NCBI GenBank assembly: GCA_937879955.1
Contig: CALFMK010000001.1
Span: 442,356-506,355 of the forward strand
Source: an uncultured bacterium
GTDB taxonomy: Bacteria; Patescibacteriota; Minisyncoccia; Phycocordibacterales; Phycocordibacteraceae
DNA: 64,000 nt
Reading direction: 5' to 3'
Shown in pieces: positions 1 through 10,409 of this stretch (its first letter is position 1; every line of letters starts with the position of its first letter). The notes under the pieces are model-generated. The model was not told the origin of the DNA. It did not search any database and was given only the letters and a program-made list of their open reading frames with translations. Position numbers and translations under genes: made by a program.

Positions 1-653
1 CTGGAAGATGAATGAGTCGGCCACTCGATCGAACATGGCCTCCTGACCGCTCGCGGTCTCGAGGACGTACACCATATCGTCCTTCATGAAGACGGCCGCG
101 CGGGTAGACTCCTCCTCCCCGTCCGGATAGCCCGAAACCTTGAGTACCTGGGCCTCCTGGCCGCCGATGCGACGCGTGGATTCCGCTATCTTTCCTGCCC
201 TGAACTCGGTCTTGAGCTCCTCGAGGGAACGGTCCGCGCTCACGTTCACGCCCTCCTTCTGGAGAAGGAGCGAGATGAGGCAGTCGCCCGTGCCCCCTTC
301 GGTCTTCACGCAGACGCGCGTATTGCCGTTACTCTGGCTCTGGGAGAGGACCCAGTTGTCCGGATACGCGAAGCTGAACGAGAACTCCGTGTTCTCGAAC
401 GTGCGGTAGGTGGTCGACGGGACGGTCGGGGAGCCTTCCGTAGGGATGACAGCTCCCGGGGTGCCTGCAGCGGGCTTCGCCGGCTGCGGGCGGATCACGG
501 CATTCGAGGCGCTGTCTGAGGCGTCACGGACGAATGGGACAGTGTCGAAGACGCCGTGGTCCGGAGTCTTGCTCCACCAGTAGAGGTAGGCGTACGCACC
601 GATAGCTACCAGTACTAGCACGCCGAGCATTATCTTGGTTCGTTTGGTGATCA
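1..653 (-). CDS. Hypothetical membrane-anchored secreted protein, 3'-partial (ATG at 651-653, runs off the window start)
   Basis: Own translation of the minus strand: MITKRTKIMLGVLVLVAIGAYAYLYWW... with an N-terminal TM helix; high-GC3 codon use; no stop before position 1; not in the ORF track because it is truncated. Confidence 0.45.
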
Positions 654-991
654 TATGTACTGACCCTACCACGCACCTAAGCCCTTGTTTCTAACTTGTG
701 TGTACAACAGGAAAGGCGGCCGCAGGTAACGGCCGCCTCAGAACCTATGCGTCACCTGGCCGCTCCCGGCCATCCCGGACACGCTGATGATGCCGCCAGA
801 GAGAGTCTTCCGAGATGCGCCGTTCTTCGTCCTGATGACGCCGTGCGACCGCGGACTCAAGGTTATGCGAGTAGCGGGTATCGTCACGTATATGTGACCC
901 TTCCCGATGACTGAGAACGAGCATGGCTTCCTCCCTTCTCCTGAGAAAACGATAGCACTGGGAAGGCGTAGCCAGGTACTCTCGGGTGGAT

Positions 992-1025
992 AAGGAAAGG
1001 GCCGTCTTTTGACGGCCTTTTCCTT
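992..1025 (-). terminator. Stem-loop immediately 3' of fusA
   Basis: aaggaaagggccgtc-ttttg-acggccttttcctt hairpin, 15 bp stem with one G-U. Confidence 0.55.
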
Positions 1026-1039
1026 ATTGTCCGTATGGA

Positions 1040-3187
1040 CTACTTCCTGCTCGCGATGATCTCGGCAGCGACGTTCTGCGGCACGACCTCGTAGTGGTCG
1101 AACTCCATCGTCATCGATCCGCGCCCCTCGGTCATGGAACGGAGCGTCGTGGTGTAGCCGAACATCTCGGAGAGTGGCACCTTGGCGTGAACCGCCTTGT
1201 TCATGCCGCGATCCTCCATGCTCTCGATAGCGCCGCGCTTTCCGGAGAGGTTTCCGGTGATGTCGCCCATGAACTGCTCCGGGATGACGACCTCGACGTT
1301 CATGATCGGCTCGAGGATGACCGGCTTCGCCTTCTGGGCAGCCTCCTGGAATGCCTGGGACGCCGCGATCTTGAAGGCGATCTCGGACGAGTCGACCTCG
1401 TGGAAGGATCCGTCGTAGAGGTCCACGGAGACGTCCACCATCTGGAAGCCGGCGAGCACGCCGCGGTTCATAGCCTCGCGGATACCCTTCTCGATCGGGT
1501 TGAAGTACTCCTGCGGGATGACGCCTCCCTTGATGTTGTTGATGAACTCGAAGTGGTCCTCGCGGGTCACGTTCTTGAGCACCTTCGCCTCAGGATCCAC
1601 CGGCTCAAGGTGCTTGACCCTGATCTTCACGTGGCCGTACTGACCCTTGCCGCCCGTCTGCTTGATGTACTTGTTGTCGACGTCGGCGGTGCCCATGATC
1701 GTCTCGCGGTATGCCACCTGCGGCTTTCCGACGTTCGCCTCGACGTTGAACTCGCGCTTCATGCGGTCCACGAGGATCTCGAGATGAAGCTCGCCCATGC
1801 CGGCCATGATGGTCTCGGCGGTCTCCTCGTCGGTCGTGATCTTGAAGGTAGGGTCCTCGTCCGCGAGCTTGCGGAGCGCGAGGCCCATCTTCTCCTGGTC
1901 GGCCTTGGTCTTCGGCTCGATGCGGAGCGACACCACCGGCTCAGGGAACTTGATCTCCTCGAGCATGATCGGGTTCGCCTCGTCGCAGAGCGTGTGCGAG
2001 GTCTTCGTGTCCTTGAGGCCCACGAACGCCGCGATCTCTCCGGTGAAGACCTGCTCCACCTCCTCGCGCTTGTCAGCCTGGAGGCGCACGATGCGGCCGA
2101 CGCGCTCCTTGGTGCCCGTGTTCGCGTTGTAGATGTAGGAACCTGCCGTGACCGATCCTGCGTATACGCGGAAGAAGGTCAGCGCTCCCACGAACGGGTC
2201 GGTCTGAAGCTTGAAGGCGAGCGCCGTGAACGGCTCGCTGTCGGACGCCTTGCGCTCGATCTCCTCGCCGGTCTTCGGATTGGTTCCCTTCACTGGCGGA
2301 AGGTCGAGTGGCGACGGGAGGTAGTCCACGACGGCGTCGAGGACGAGCTGCACGCCCTTGTTCTTGAGCGCGGAACCGGTGTAGACCGGGAAGATCTCGT
2401 TCGCGATGACCGCCTTGCGGAGGGTCTTCTTGAGGTCCTCGAGCGATGGCTCGACACCCTCGAAGTACGCATTCATCATCGCCTCGTCGTGCTCGACGAT
2501 GCGCTCGATGAACTCAGCGCGGTACTTCTTCGCCTCCTCGACGTACTGCGCAGGCACTTCTCCCTCGATGACGTTCTCGCCCATCGAGCCCGAGAAGGTG
2601 TACGCCTTCATGGAGAGGAGATCGACGACGCCCTCGAAGTCATTCTCGGCGCCCATCGGGATCTGCGCGCGGACGGCCTTCTTGGAGAGGCGGTCGAGGA
2701 TCGACTGGTACGAGGTCTCGAAGTTCGCGCCGGTGCGGTCGAGCTTGTTGATGAAACAGACGCGCGGCACGCTTGCCTCGTCGGCGTAGCGCCAGTTCGT
2801 CTCGGACTGCGGCTCGACGCCGGCAACGCCGTCGAACACGACAACCGCGCCGTCGAGCACGCGCATGGAGCGCTTCACCTCGGCGGTGAAGTCGATGTGT
2901 CCCGGGGTGTCGATCACGTTGAAGCGGTACTTCTTCGAGACGTCCTTCTTGTCAGCCTCGCTCGAGCGGGTCCAGAAGCAGGTGATGGCAGCGGCCGTGA
3001 TGGTGATGCCGCGCTCGCGCTCCTGCTCCATCCAGTCGGTCGTGGTCTCGCCCTCGTGCACCTCGCCGATCTTGTGCTGGGAACCGGTGTAGTAGAGCAC
3101 GCGTTCGGACGTCGTCGTCTTGCCGGCGTCCACGTGGGCGATGATGCCGAAGTTGCGCACTTTCTCGAGAGGATAATCGCGATTCAT
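1040..3187 (-). CDS. fusA: Translation elongation factor G
   Basis: 715 aa; N-terminus FGIIAHVDAGKTTT (G1 motif), DTPGHIDF, full EF-G length. Confidence 0.97.
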   Translation of the reverse strand: MNRDYPLEKVRNFGIIAHVDAGKTTTSERVLYYTGSQHKIGEVHEGETTTDWMEQERERGITITAAAITCFWTRSSEADKKDVSKKYRFNVIDTPGHIDFTAEVKRSMRVLDGAVVVFDGVAGVEPQSETNWRYADEASVPRVCFINKLDRTGANFETSYQSILDRLSKKAVRAQIPMGAENDFEGVVDLLSMKAYTFSGSMGENVIEGEVPAQYVEEAKKYRAEFIERIVEHDEAMMNAYFEGVEPSLEDLKKTLRKAVIANEIFPVYTGSALKNKGVQLVLDAVVDYLPSPLDLPPVKGTNPKTGEEIERKASDSEPFTALAFKLQTDPFVGALTFFRVYAGSVTAGSYIYNANTGTKERVGRIVRLQADKREEVEQVFTGEIAAFVGLKDTKTSHTLCDEANPIMLEEIKFPEPVVSLRIEPKTKADQEKMGLALRKLADEDPTFKITTDEETAETIMAGMGELHLEILVDRMKREFNVEANVGKPQVAYRETIMGTADVDNKYIKQTGGKGQYGHVKIRVKHLEPVDPEAKVLKNVTREDHFEFINNIKGGVIPQEYFNPIEKGIREAMNRGVLAGFQMVDVSVDLYDGSFHEVDSSEIAFKIAASQAFQEAAQKAKPVILEPIMNVEVVIPEQFMGDITGNLSGKRGAIESMEDRGMNKAVHAKVPLSEMFGYTTTLRSMTEGRGSMTMEFDHYEVVPQNVAAEIIASRK

Positions 3188-3630
3188 AAGGTATATAGAT
3201 AAATAAAAGCCGCTCGGGCCGTTATCCTCAAGATACGTTTCTGGAGGCCAAAACGCAAGAAAATCGCCGGCAGCGGCACCACTTCGTTCATCCTACCTAC
3301 AACCGGTACCTGGTACCCTGTCTGTCAGATTCAGGTCTTTTCGGGAACAGGTACATGTCTGGCAGTAAGCACATATCCCACCTTAAGAAGCAGGGGTTCT
3401 CGCTTCTGGCCCCTGGCGACGCGCACGGCCTCGATATCCATGACGTACGGACCTTGGCAGGGTTCAAGAGCCTCTGCTTCATGCGATTCGAAGAGCTCGC
3501 CATGACTCTCGCGCTGGATGCAGGTCAAGAAGTATGGGTCGCGCAGAAAGCTGTTGATCTTTCGCGATACGGGTTCCAGGAAGTGAGGCGGCAGCGTGTC
3601 GAGAAGGGACCGTCTGTTCACTGAACAGAC

Positions 3631-3660
3631 AAAGGGCGCCACGATGTGGCGCCCTTTTAT
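3631..3660 (-). terminator. Rho-independent-type hairpin 3' of rpsG, bidirectional
   Basis: aaagggcgcca-cgatg-tggcgcccttt followed by a T-run; a second IR gtctgttca-gtg-aacagac lies just 5'. Confidence 0.6.
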
Positions 3661-3677
3661 CTTGTATTCTCTTGGTT

Positions 3678-4142
3678 TTACCAGGCGAAGTGTGCGAATG
3701 CCTTGTTGGCGTCTGCCATGCGGTGCATGTCGTCCTTCTTCTTGATAGCGGAACCCTCGTTCTTGGCTGCCATGAGGATCTCGGACGCGAGGCGCTGTGC
3801 CATCGGCTTGCCCTTCTGAGCGCGAGCCGCGTTGATGAGCCAGCGGTACGCGAGCGCGATGCGGCGCTGCTGAGGAACCTCGCGAGGGACCTGGTAGTTC
3901 GCGCCACCGACGCGACGGGAACGGACCTCCATGAGCGGAGCGACGTTGCGGATGGCCGTCTCGAAGGTCTCGAGCGGATCCATCTCCTGCTCCTTGATAA
4001 TGTCGAGCGCGCCGTAGACGAGCTTGCGGGCGGTGTCCTTCTTGCCGTCCCACATGACGGTGTTGATGAAACGGGAGATTGCCTCAGAGCCGTACACGAG
4101 GTCCGGGCGGCGAGGATACTTGTTCTTGAGGGGATGTCGCAT
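3678..4142 (-). CDS. rpsG: 30S ribosomal protein S7
   Basis: 154 aa; [19 protein letters not shown]... typical S7 sequence. Confidence 0.95.
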   Translation of the reverse strand: MRHPLKNKYPRRPDLVYGSEAISRFINTVMWDGKKDTARKLVYGALDIIKEQEMDPLETFETAIRNVAPLMEVRSRRVGGANYQVPREVPQQRRIALAYRWLINAARAQKGKPMAQRLASEILMAAKNEGSAIKKKDDMHRMADANKAFAHFAW

Positions 4143-4160
4143 GATTTCTGTACGTAAATA

Positions 4161-4571
4161 CTACGCCTTAGGCTTCTTAGCACCGTACTTCGAGCGACCG
4201 CGGCGGCGCTTGTCGAGACCGGCGGTATCGAGGCGACCGCGGACGATGGTGTACTGGACGCCGATGTCCTTCACGCGGCCACCACGGAGCATGACCACCG
4301 AGTGCTCCTGGAGGTTGTGTCCCTCACCCGGGATGTAGGCCGTGACCTCCATCTGGTTGGTGAGCTTCACGCGGGCGATCTTACGGATAGCGGAGTTAGG
4401 CTTGCGGGGAGTCTTCGTCGTCACCTTGACGCATACGCCGCGCTTGAATGGCGCTGGGTAGAACGTCGGGCGGTTCTTCAGCGTGTTGAAGCCGCGTCCA
4501 AGAGCCACGACCTTCGTCTTGCGGCTGGTGGTCTTGCGGGACTTCTTCGTGAGCTGATTGATTGTGGACAT
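4161..4571 (-). CDS. rpsL: 30S ribosomal protein S12
   Basis: 136 aa; [10 protein letters not shown]...PKKPNSA.RK motif region. Confidence 0.95.
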   Translation of the reverse strand: MSTINQLTKKSRKTTSRKTKVVALGRGFNTLKNRPTFYPAPFKRGVCVKVTTKTPRKPNSAIRKIARVKLTNQMEVTAYIPGEGHNLQEHSVVMLRGGRVKDIGVQYTIVRGRLDTAGLDKRRRGRSKYGAKKPKA

Positions 4572-4728
4572 GTGTGAAGTAAAAACTCCCCGTGGGAGTC
4601 AAAAGCACTATATAAGAACAGGCTTATAAATGCAAACCGGGCGCAGGAAAGACCATTATCCACCGTCTCCAGCTTTCCTTGTACTCTTCTGCGGATTTTC
4701 CCTATCCCTCGGCTGGTATGGTCCCGGC

Positions 4729-6714
4729 ATGCGTACAATCATCCTGCCCTGCATCCTATATATAGGTATAGCCCTCGCCCCGTTCCTGGCCAGGGGCGAG
4801 GAGGCCATTCCGGAGCCTGTCCCGGAAACACCGGTCATGGCGGAGCTGGAGCCGCAGGCAACCAGCACCCCTCCGGCCCCAGAGATTAGTAGTAGTGGCC
4901 AGGAATGCCTGGAACGGTGCGCGTCGAACGTGCTTTTCCTTCCAGGTATCAAGGGTAGCCGCCTGTATACGGGAGAAACCGGGCAAGTCTGGGAGCCGTT
5001 CGGGGACCACGACATCGAAGCGCTCATGCTGGACGAGGATGGCACGAGCGTCAGGGAGGACATCCATACCCGGCCCGGGAAGCTCGTCGATTACGTCGCC
5101 CTCGTCCAGGATATCTACGGATCGTTCCGCATATACATGAACGGCCTTGTCGAGGACGGCACGATCCAGGACTGGGAGGATTTCGTCTATGACTGGCGCC
5201 TCTCGTTGCCTGCCATCGTGGGGCACGCATCAGAGGAGGGCGGGATACCTGACCTCGAACGGACGCTCCGCTCTCTCGCATCCTCCTCGAGGAACGGTCG
5301 CGTATCGATCGTCGCTCACAGCAACGGCGGACTCGTCGCGAAGGAGCTTATCCGGTCGCTCGGAGATGCCGAAGCCGCGCGTCTCATAGACCGGGTGATA
5401 TTCGTCGGCGTGCCGCAGTCCGGGGCACCCCAGGCACTCGCTGCCCTCCTCTACGGATACAAGGAAGGGCTGCCGTGGTGGTTCCCAGGAATCGTTTCCA
5501 CCGGCACGGCGCGGGCATTCGCGGAGAATGCCCCCATGAGCTATCACCTCCTCCCGTCCGACGCGTACTTCGCATCGGCAGGTGCGAGCGGACAGCCTGT
5601 CGCGAGCTTTGCCGGGACCTCCGGATACGCCGAGGAGCGGGGCGCCTACGGAGATATGCTCGACTCGTATGCCGAGCTGCGAGCGTTCGCGCTCGCGCAG
5701 GACGGCGGGCGCGAGAAGCCGCACATCAATCGCATCGACCTAGCGAATGTCCTGAACCCCGCACTCCTATCGTATGCATCGGACATGCACGCATCGCTCG
5801 ACGCGTGGACGCCGCCACTCGGTATCGATCTGTATCAGATCGCAGGATGGGGAGAAGAGACCGTGTCGGGTATCGAGTTCTACGAGCGCTGTGTCTTCTC
5901 TCTTTGCAAGGAGATGTATCGACCGACGTTCACCCAGGAAGGCGACGGGGTCGTACCCGTCTCGAGTGCACACCTGGTTCCTGAATTAGCTTCCACCACA
6001 AACCTATGGATTGATCTTCTTTCCTACAACGATCGATCACCCTTTAACAAGGATCATGGAAATCTTATGGCACTAACGGCAGTGAAGTCTCAAGTGAAAA
6101 ATATTCTTACCGGCGAGATATCGCTTCCTCAGTATTTCTTATCCGAGCCACCGGATATGAATTCACGGCCGAACATAATCCGCTACTTCCTCCACTCTCC
6201 TCTTACGCTCGAAATAATCGATGAGGAGAGCAGGCGGACAGGCGCAGATGAACTTGAGATACCCGGCGCCACTTACGGTGAGCTCGGAGAGACAAAGTAC
6301 ATATCCGCTCTTGAAGGCTCGCACGAGATCGTTGAGCTGCATGGATATGATTCGGGAACCTTCACACTCGAAATACAGAAAAGTGATTTGGATGGAGTTA
6401 CATCAGAAATGGCATTCGTAGACATTCCGGTCACACCTACGACGGTGGCAAAAATCAGTGTCGAAGATGTCGTGACCCTTGATTTAGATTCTGACGGAGA
6501 CGGTGAGATTGACCTCTCAATCGAAGCAGAGATTATTCAGATGATCGATTCGGAAATTCTCCCCGCCCAAGATACCGATTCGGCTCGAAAAAAATTATCG
6601 CAAAGACGTCAGGCAGTTTCGAAAACTCTCCATGACTTGTTTCTGGAGCTACGGCCGCTATTGTTGAGATTACTCCACCAGCTCGAAGCGGAAGCGCGTC
6701 TCGCAAGGCTATAG
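4729..6714 (+). CDS. Secreted alpha/beta-hydrolase-fold lipase/esterase (LCAT/PGAP1-like) with a low-GC C-terminal extension
   Basis: Signal-like MRTIILPCILYIGIALAPFLA; nucleophile elbow VAHSNGG (GxSxG), GDGVVP region; the ORF-track start at 4630 lies inside a TATAAA box, so 4729 is the preferred start. Confidence 0.7.
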   Translation: MRTIILPCILYIGIALAPFLARGEEAIPEPVPETPVMAELEPQATSTPPAPEISSSGQECLERCASNVLFLPGIKGSRLYTGETGQVWEPFGDHDIEALMLDEDGTSVREDIHTRPGKLVDYVALVQDIYGSFRIYMNGLVEDGTIQDWEDFVYDWRLSLPAIVGHASEEGGIPDLERTLRSLASSSRNGRVSIVAHSNGGLVAKELIRSLGDAEAARLIDRVIFVGVPQSGAPQALAALLYGYKEGLPWWFPGIVSTGTARAFAENAPMSYHLLPSDAYFASAGASGQPVASFAGTSGYAEERGAYGDMLDSYAELRAFALAQDGGREKPHINRIDLANVLNPALLSYASDMHASLDAWTPPLGIDLYQIAGWGEETVSGIEFYERCVFSLCKEMYRPTFTQEGDGVVPVSSAHLVPELASTTNLWIDLLSYNDRSPFNKDHGNLMALTAVKSQVKNILTGEISLPQYFLSEPPDMNSRPNIIRYFLHSPLTLEIIDEESRRTGADELEIPGATYGELGETKYISALEGSHEIVELHGYDSGTFTLEIQKSDLDGVTSEMAFVDIPVTPTTVAKISVEDVVTLDLDSDGDGEIDLSIEAEIIQMIDSEILPAQDTDSARKKLSQRRQAVSKTLHDLFLELRPLLLRLLHQLEAEARLARL

Positions 6715-6751
6715 TGGAACTAAGCATTGGCCGCCCCTCATCCGTCTTCTT

Positions 6752-7105
6752 ATGAAACTCTGGATCCTTACGCTCATCCTTGTGACATTCGCCCTGGGAG
6801 TTAGCCTCGACTATCTCAATTTCTTTGATCAAGAAATCGGCGAACCCCTCTACAGATTTTCCCTCTTCGCAGCTCTGCCCTTTTCCCTGATTCTCATATT
6901 ACGGAGTCCTGCGAAACTCCACTCATGGGTGAGATTCTCTGCCTGGTCTATTCCGCTGGCATTCTTTCTAATTGCAATCTCGCCATCGACGAACGGCACC
7001 TGGCTTCCCCTATTAAGCGTGACCAAAGAATCCATGACACTGATCACCGGAGGGCTTTTCACGGTTACCAGTATCCTGATTATTGTCCGTTCGAATCGGA
7101 CATAA
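6752..7105 (+). CDS. Small polytopic membrane protein, hypothetical
   Basis: 117 aa, about four hydrophobic helices; located in the low-GC segment. Confidence 0.45.
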   Translation: MKLWILTLILVTFALGVSLDYLNFFDQEIGEPLYRFSLFAALPFSLILILRSPAKLHSWVRFSAWSIPLAFFLIAISPSTNGTWLPLLSVTKESMTLITGGLFTVTSILIIVRSNRT

Positions 7106-7120
7106 CGGACAGAAGCGGAC

Positions 7121-8092
7121 CTAACGGACAAAGAGGCTCCGCGCGCCGAGCAGCACGTTCTCGACGAACATCCTCAGTTCCATGCTCCAGGTGGAACCTG
7201 CCTGCACAGGAAGCGCTCGTGCCTCTAACTGGGAAACCATCGCGAGCTGGATAGGTACCGACGTGTTGAGAGAGAAGGAAGGGACCGAAAATGTCGATGT
7301 CGCCATGGTCGAAGTGCTTCCTACAGACGTCGCTATCGTCGATTCGATCAGAGGCTTTATAACTTCTTTAACTTTTTCCTGTATAGAATCTGGCTTTTCG
7401 AAAGCGATTGGAACCGTTTCCCGGCCTGACGCTGCCTCTGGGGTGCTGGATGCGCGTGGAACGCTAGGCGCTACCTTGGTCTTTGCCGGAGCAGGGGTCT
7501 GCACAGGCCTCGTGGCACTTGAACTTTGTTTCACATTCTCTTTAGAACTTTGAGAGACTGCTGCTATAGCACGTGGATAGGGCGCCGCGAATATCTGTAC
7601 CGTAAAGGTCGCGTCCTTTCCCTTATAGACCCCGTTCGCGACGCCGACGCCGATCTCCGTAAAGTCCTTACGGAGGATGTTCGCTTTATGACCGGGAGAG
7701 CCCATGAACGCGTCGACGACCTGCTCGGCATCGGTGCGATTTACGACGAGGTTCTCGCCGATGATGAGGTACTTGTACCCGGCCTTCTCGACCCAGTACA
7801 TCGGAGTGACTCCGTCCGGAGAGACGTGTGCGTAGTACCCCTTCGCTGCCATGTCCTGCGCTTTCATCTGCGCAGCCTCATCGAGGAGCGCATTCCGCTG
7901 GAGCACCGGGACGCTCTCGTGCGCACGTTCCTCATTCGTGAGCGCAACGACCTCGGCCGCGTTCACCGCGGCGAGATTCTTTCCCGAATCGAGGAGCGGT
8001 TCGGTGACAATAGCGAGCACCACAAGCCCGCCCACGAGGATCGCGAGTCCGAAGAATGGGAATGCCTGGTCAGCGAGCTTCCTGAAATCCAT
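7121..8092 (-). CDS. CAP/SCP (PR-1-like, YkwD-type) domain protein with a C-terminal Ser/Thr/Pro-rich tail
   Basis: N-terminal TM anchor; HESVPVLQRN...YYAHVSPDG...GSPGHKANIL...IGVGVA motifs; start moved to MDFRKL. Confidence 0.75.
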   Translation of the reverse strand: MDFRKLADQAFPFFGLAILVGGLVVLAIVTEPLLDSGKNLAAVNAAEVVALTNEERAHESVPVLQRNALLDEAAQMKAQDMAAKGYYAHVSPDGVTPMYWVEKAGYKYLIIGENLVVNRTDAEQVVDAFMGSPGHKANILRKDFTEIGVGVANGVYKGKDATFTVQIFAAPYPRAIAAVSQSSKENVKQSSSATRPVQTPAPAKTKVAPSVPRASSTPEAASGRETVPIAFEKPDSIQEKVKEVIKPLIESTIATSVGSTSTMATSTFSVPSFSLNTSVPIQLAMVSQLEARALPVQAGSTWSMELRMFVENVLLGARSLFVR

Positions 8093-8214
8093 GGCTTGAA
8101 TACTACAACACAAAACATAAAAAGCAATAGTCAAGTTGTATATTGCGCGTGGGGTAAATACGTCGATACTTATGATAGACGTCCGACATGGAGTCAGATG
8201 TATAGGAGGACAGG

Positions 8215-8478
8215 ATGTCTATTCCGACAGGCACGAGCGACGACGAGCTTATCATCGAAGTCGCACTCAGGCTTCCGGAAGACGGAGACCCGAACCAGGA
8301 CTTTCTCTTCGACCTCGCACACGGCATGTCGCTCGAAGAGCTCGCCTCACGATATGCTTCCGGGAACATCACGAGTGTCCGGAGCCGGATAGCGATCCAA
8401 TACGAGAAGCTCGGCATACCCCTTCCTTTCACCGACCCGCGTGCGATGCACATTCTCAGAAGCGCGTTCGATCTCTAG
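8215..8478 (+). CDS. Small hypothetical protein (87 aa)
   Basis: Non-R-rich composition; followed directly by a hairpin plus T-run terminator. Confidence 0.5.
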   Translation: MSIPTGTSDDELIIEVALRLPEDGDPNQDFLFDLAHGMSLEELASRYASGNITSVRSRIAIQYEKLGIPLPFTDPRAMHILRSAFDL

Positions 8479-8512
8479 GGAGGTGTCTTAATTGCACCTC
8501 TCTTTTTTCTTT
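8478..8512 (+). terminator. Rho-independent terminator after the 8215 ORF, shared with the dinB 3' end
   Basis: gggaggtg-tcttaattg-cacctc then tcttttttcttt. Confidence 0.65.
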
Positions 8513-9806
8513 ATCGTGCGATCCCGAGGTATGGGATGTTGAGCGACTTCTTCCCATCCGCCGTCGCCGGTATGAATCCGCGTGTCATCCTTTTTCCATA
8601 TCCCGCTCCCGCGGCGTTCAGCGCCGTCATGCTCGAACCGAGGTACACGGTATTGCGTCCGTACTTCTTGTTCACCGAGTCGAGCGCGCGAAACGTCTCG
8701 CCCTTCTCATGCTCTATCTCATACGCTCCGAATATATCGGGTGTCACGAACGCGGAGTGGTTCAACGCACGGAGCGTGACCCCTGACGCGCGATACGGGA
8801 TCTCGGTCGCGTACACCTCATCGAAGCGATCGCGGATCCGCGCGAGCATCTCGACCGGCGTATCGATCGCGACCGGGAGGTCGAGCTGCACGCCGTGGTA
8901 CGTGAACTCCTGCGTCTTGAGATAGAAGCTTAGGGCGCTCGCTTTCATGCCTGCACGCCTGAGCTTCGCGCACGCGGCTTCAACATTCTTCGAGAGCTGA
9001 GAAAAGATGAACTCGCGATCGGTCGACGGCGGCGTGAACGTACGCGTCACCATCACGGAGTGCGGCTTGCTGTGCGAACCGGACGACACCCTCATCGCGG
9101 GATATCCCTGGAGCTCGAGCCACACGTCCCGCACGGCCTTCCCGAAGCCATGCTCCTTCAGCCAGGGGTCGGGCTTCCGTATGAAGTCGAGCGCCGACAT
9201 CACGCCGAGTCCCCGGAGCCTCGTCGAGAGCGCTCCCCCGAGTCCCCATATGTCGTATATCTCCGTGTCCGCGAGTATCTCCTCGATGGATTCCTTCGGG
9301 AGCAGGTTGAAGCTATCGGGCTTGTTACGCTTCGATGCGACCTTCGCGAGCGTCTTCGTCGGTGCGAGCCCGACGCCGAACGTGATACCGAGACTCTCCT
9401 GGAGCTTCCGCTTGATAGCGAGCGCGATCTCCTCGTAGGTAGTGCTACGGCTCTCGTCGAGGCCGGTGATGTCGGCGAAACACTCGTCGATACTGTACTC
9501 CTCGACCCTGGAGGTGAACCCTCTCGCGATCGCGTACATGCGCTGCGCGTAGATCGAGTACGCGGTATAGTCGCCAGCCACGATCACGGCCTCTGGACAG
9601 ACCCTGCGCACTTCCTGCATCGGCATCGCTCGATGGAGACCGAGCCTCTTTGCCTCTATGGAAAGCGACGTCGCCGCGCCACGCTCCCCGCCCGTCACGA
9701 CCGGCCTGCCGCGCAAGGTCCAATCCTTCGCCTGCTCCACGGAGGCGAAGAACGAATCGCCATCGAAGTGAACGATCGCCTGAGGATACGAGCTCTTCCT
9801 ATCCAT
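8511..9806 (-). CDS. dinB: Y-family DNA polymerase (DinB/UmuC/ImpB family)
   Basis: 431 aa; IVHFDGDSFFASVE, CPEAVIVAGDY, EEYSIDECFADITG motifs. Confidence 0.9.
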   Translation of the reverse strand: MDRKSSYPQAIVHFDGDSFFASVEQAKDWTLRGRPVVTGGERGAATSLSIEAKRLGLHRAMPMQEVRRVCPEAVIVAGDYTAYSIYAQRMYAIARGFTSRVEEYSIDECFADITGLDESRSTTYEEIALAIKRKLQESLGITFGVGLAPTKTLAKVASKRNKPDSFNLLPKESIEEILADTEIYDIWGLGGALSTRLRGLGVMSALDFIRKPDPWLKEHGFGKAVRDVWLELQGYPAMRVSSGSHSKPHSVMVTRTFTPPSTDREFIFSQLSKNVEAACAKLRRAGMKASALSFYLKTQEFTYHGVQLDLPVAIDTPVEMLARIRDRFDEVYATEIPYRASGVTLRALNHSAFVTPDIFGAYEIEHEKGETFRALDSVNKKYGRNTVYLGSSMTALNAAGAGYGKRMTRGFIPATADGKKSLNIPYLGIAR

Positions 9807-9809
9807 AGG

Positions 9810-10409
9810 CTAGTACTTCCGGAACGTGGAGGTAACCCTCCCAAGAATCTCGCCTTCTTTCGGATGGATGTCGGGATACCGGTCGTTGGCCGCCTCGAGG
9901 AAGAACGTCTGTCCCTTCTTACGAAGGTACTTGAGCGTATAGCCGTCCTCGGTGAGCGCGACCACAATGTCTCCCGGCTTGAAGCGCTGTGAGCGTTCGA
10001 ACACCACCATGTCCCCGCTCTGGATACCGGCGTCCTGCATGGAGTCGCCCTCGACCTGGAGCAGATAGCTCGCATTCGGGTCATCGATCAGATAGTCTCC
10101 GATCGTCACCGTGTCCGCGAGCTCCTCCTCGGCAGGCGCCGCGAAGCCGGCACGTATGTGCCCAAGGAGCGGGACCCTGAAGAGTCCCGGGGCCGGGACG
10201 AGCTTCCCGGTCCGATCCTTGTTCGCGTATCCTTCCTCTATGAGACGCTCTGACGCGTAGAACGCGGAGCTGCGGGATGAGAGACCGAACAGGTCCATCA
10301 TCTCGGTTATGTTCGGCATGCGCCGGTTCTTCCTATAGAAGGAGAGGAGCTTCCCGCGCCTCGACTCCGTTACGGCTTTCGATTCCATACTTGAAGCATA
10401 AACGAACAA
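9810..10409 (-). CDS. lexA: LexA-type SOS repressor (wHTH plus S24 peptidase domain)
   Basis: 199 aa; N-terminal HTH, C-terminal ...GDSMQDAGI..GD.VV (Ser-Lys dyad region); 4 nt upstream of dinB. Confidence 0.85.
   Translation of the reverse strand: MFVYASSMESKAVTESRRGKLLSFYRKNRRMPNITEMMDLFGLSSRSSAFYASERLIEEGYANKDRTGKLVPAPGLFRVPLLGHIRAGFAAPAEEELADTVTIGDYLIDDPNASYLLQVEGDSMQDAGIQSGDMVVFERSQRFKPGDIVVALTEDGYTLKYLRKKGQTFFLEAANDRYPDIHPKEGEILGRVTSTFRKY

Noticed and set aside
140-914. Track ORFs 140..409 (+) and 696..914 (+)
   Set aside because: 140..409 is antisense to the better-supported minus-strand membrane-protein ORF (1..653). 696..914 is R/P/A-rich with no signal, and the region 654-1039 is better read as the intergenic and terminator region of fusA.
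1094-3202. 702-aa + strand ORF antisense to fusA (R/L/H/D-rich)
   Set aside because: Typical high-GC antisense open frame. Arg/Leu-rich with no motifs, and it entirely overlaps a confidently identified EF-G gene.
3331-4053. 240-aa minus-strand R-rich ORF overlapping rpsG
   Set aside because: A different frame of rpsG DNA. Only its 3' 90 codons in the rpsG-fusA spacer are ambiguous, and these are discussed as a finding.
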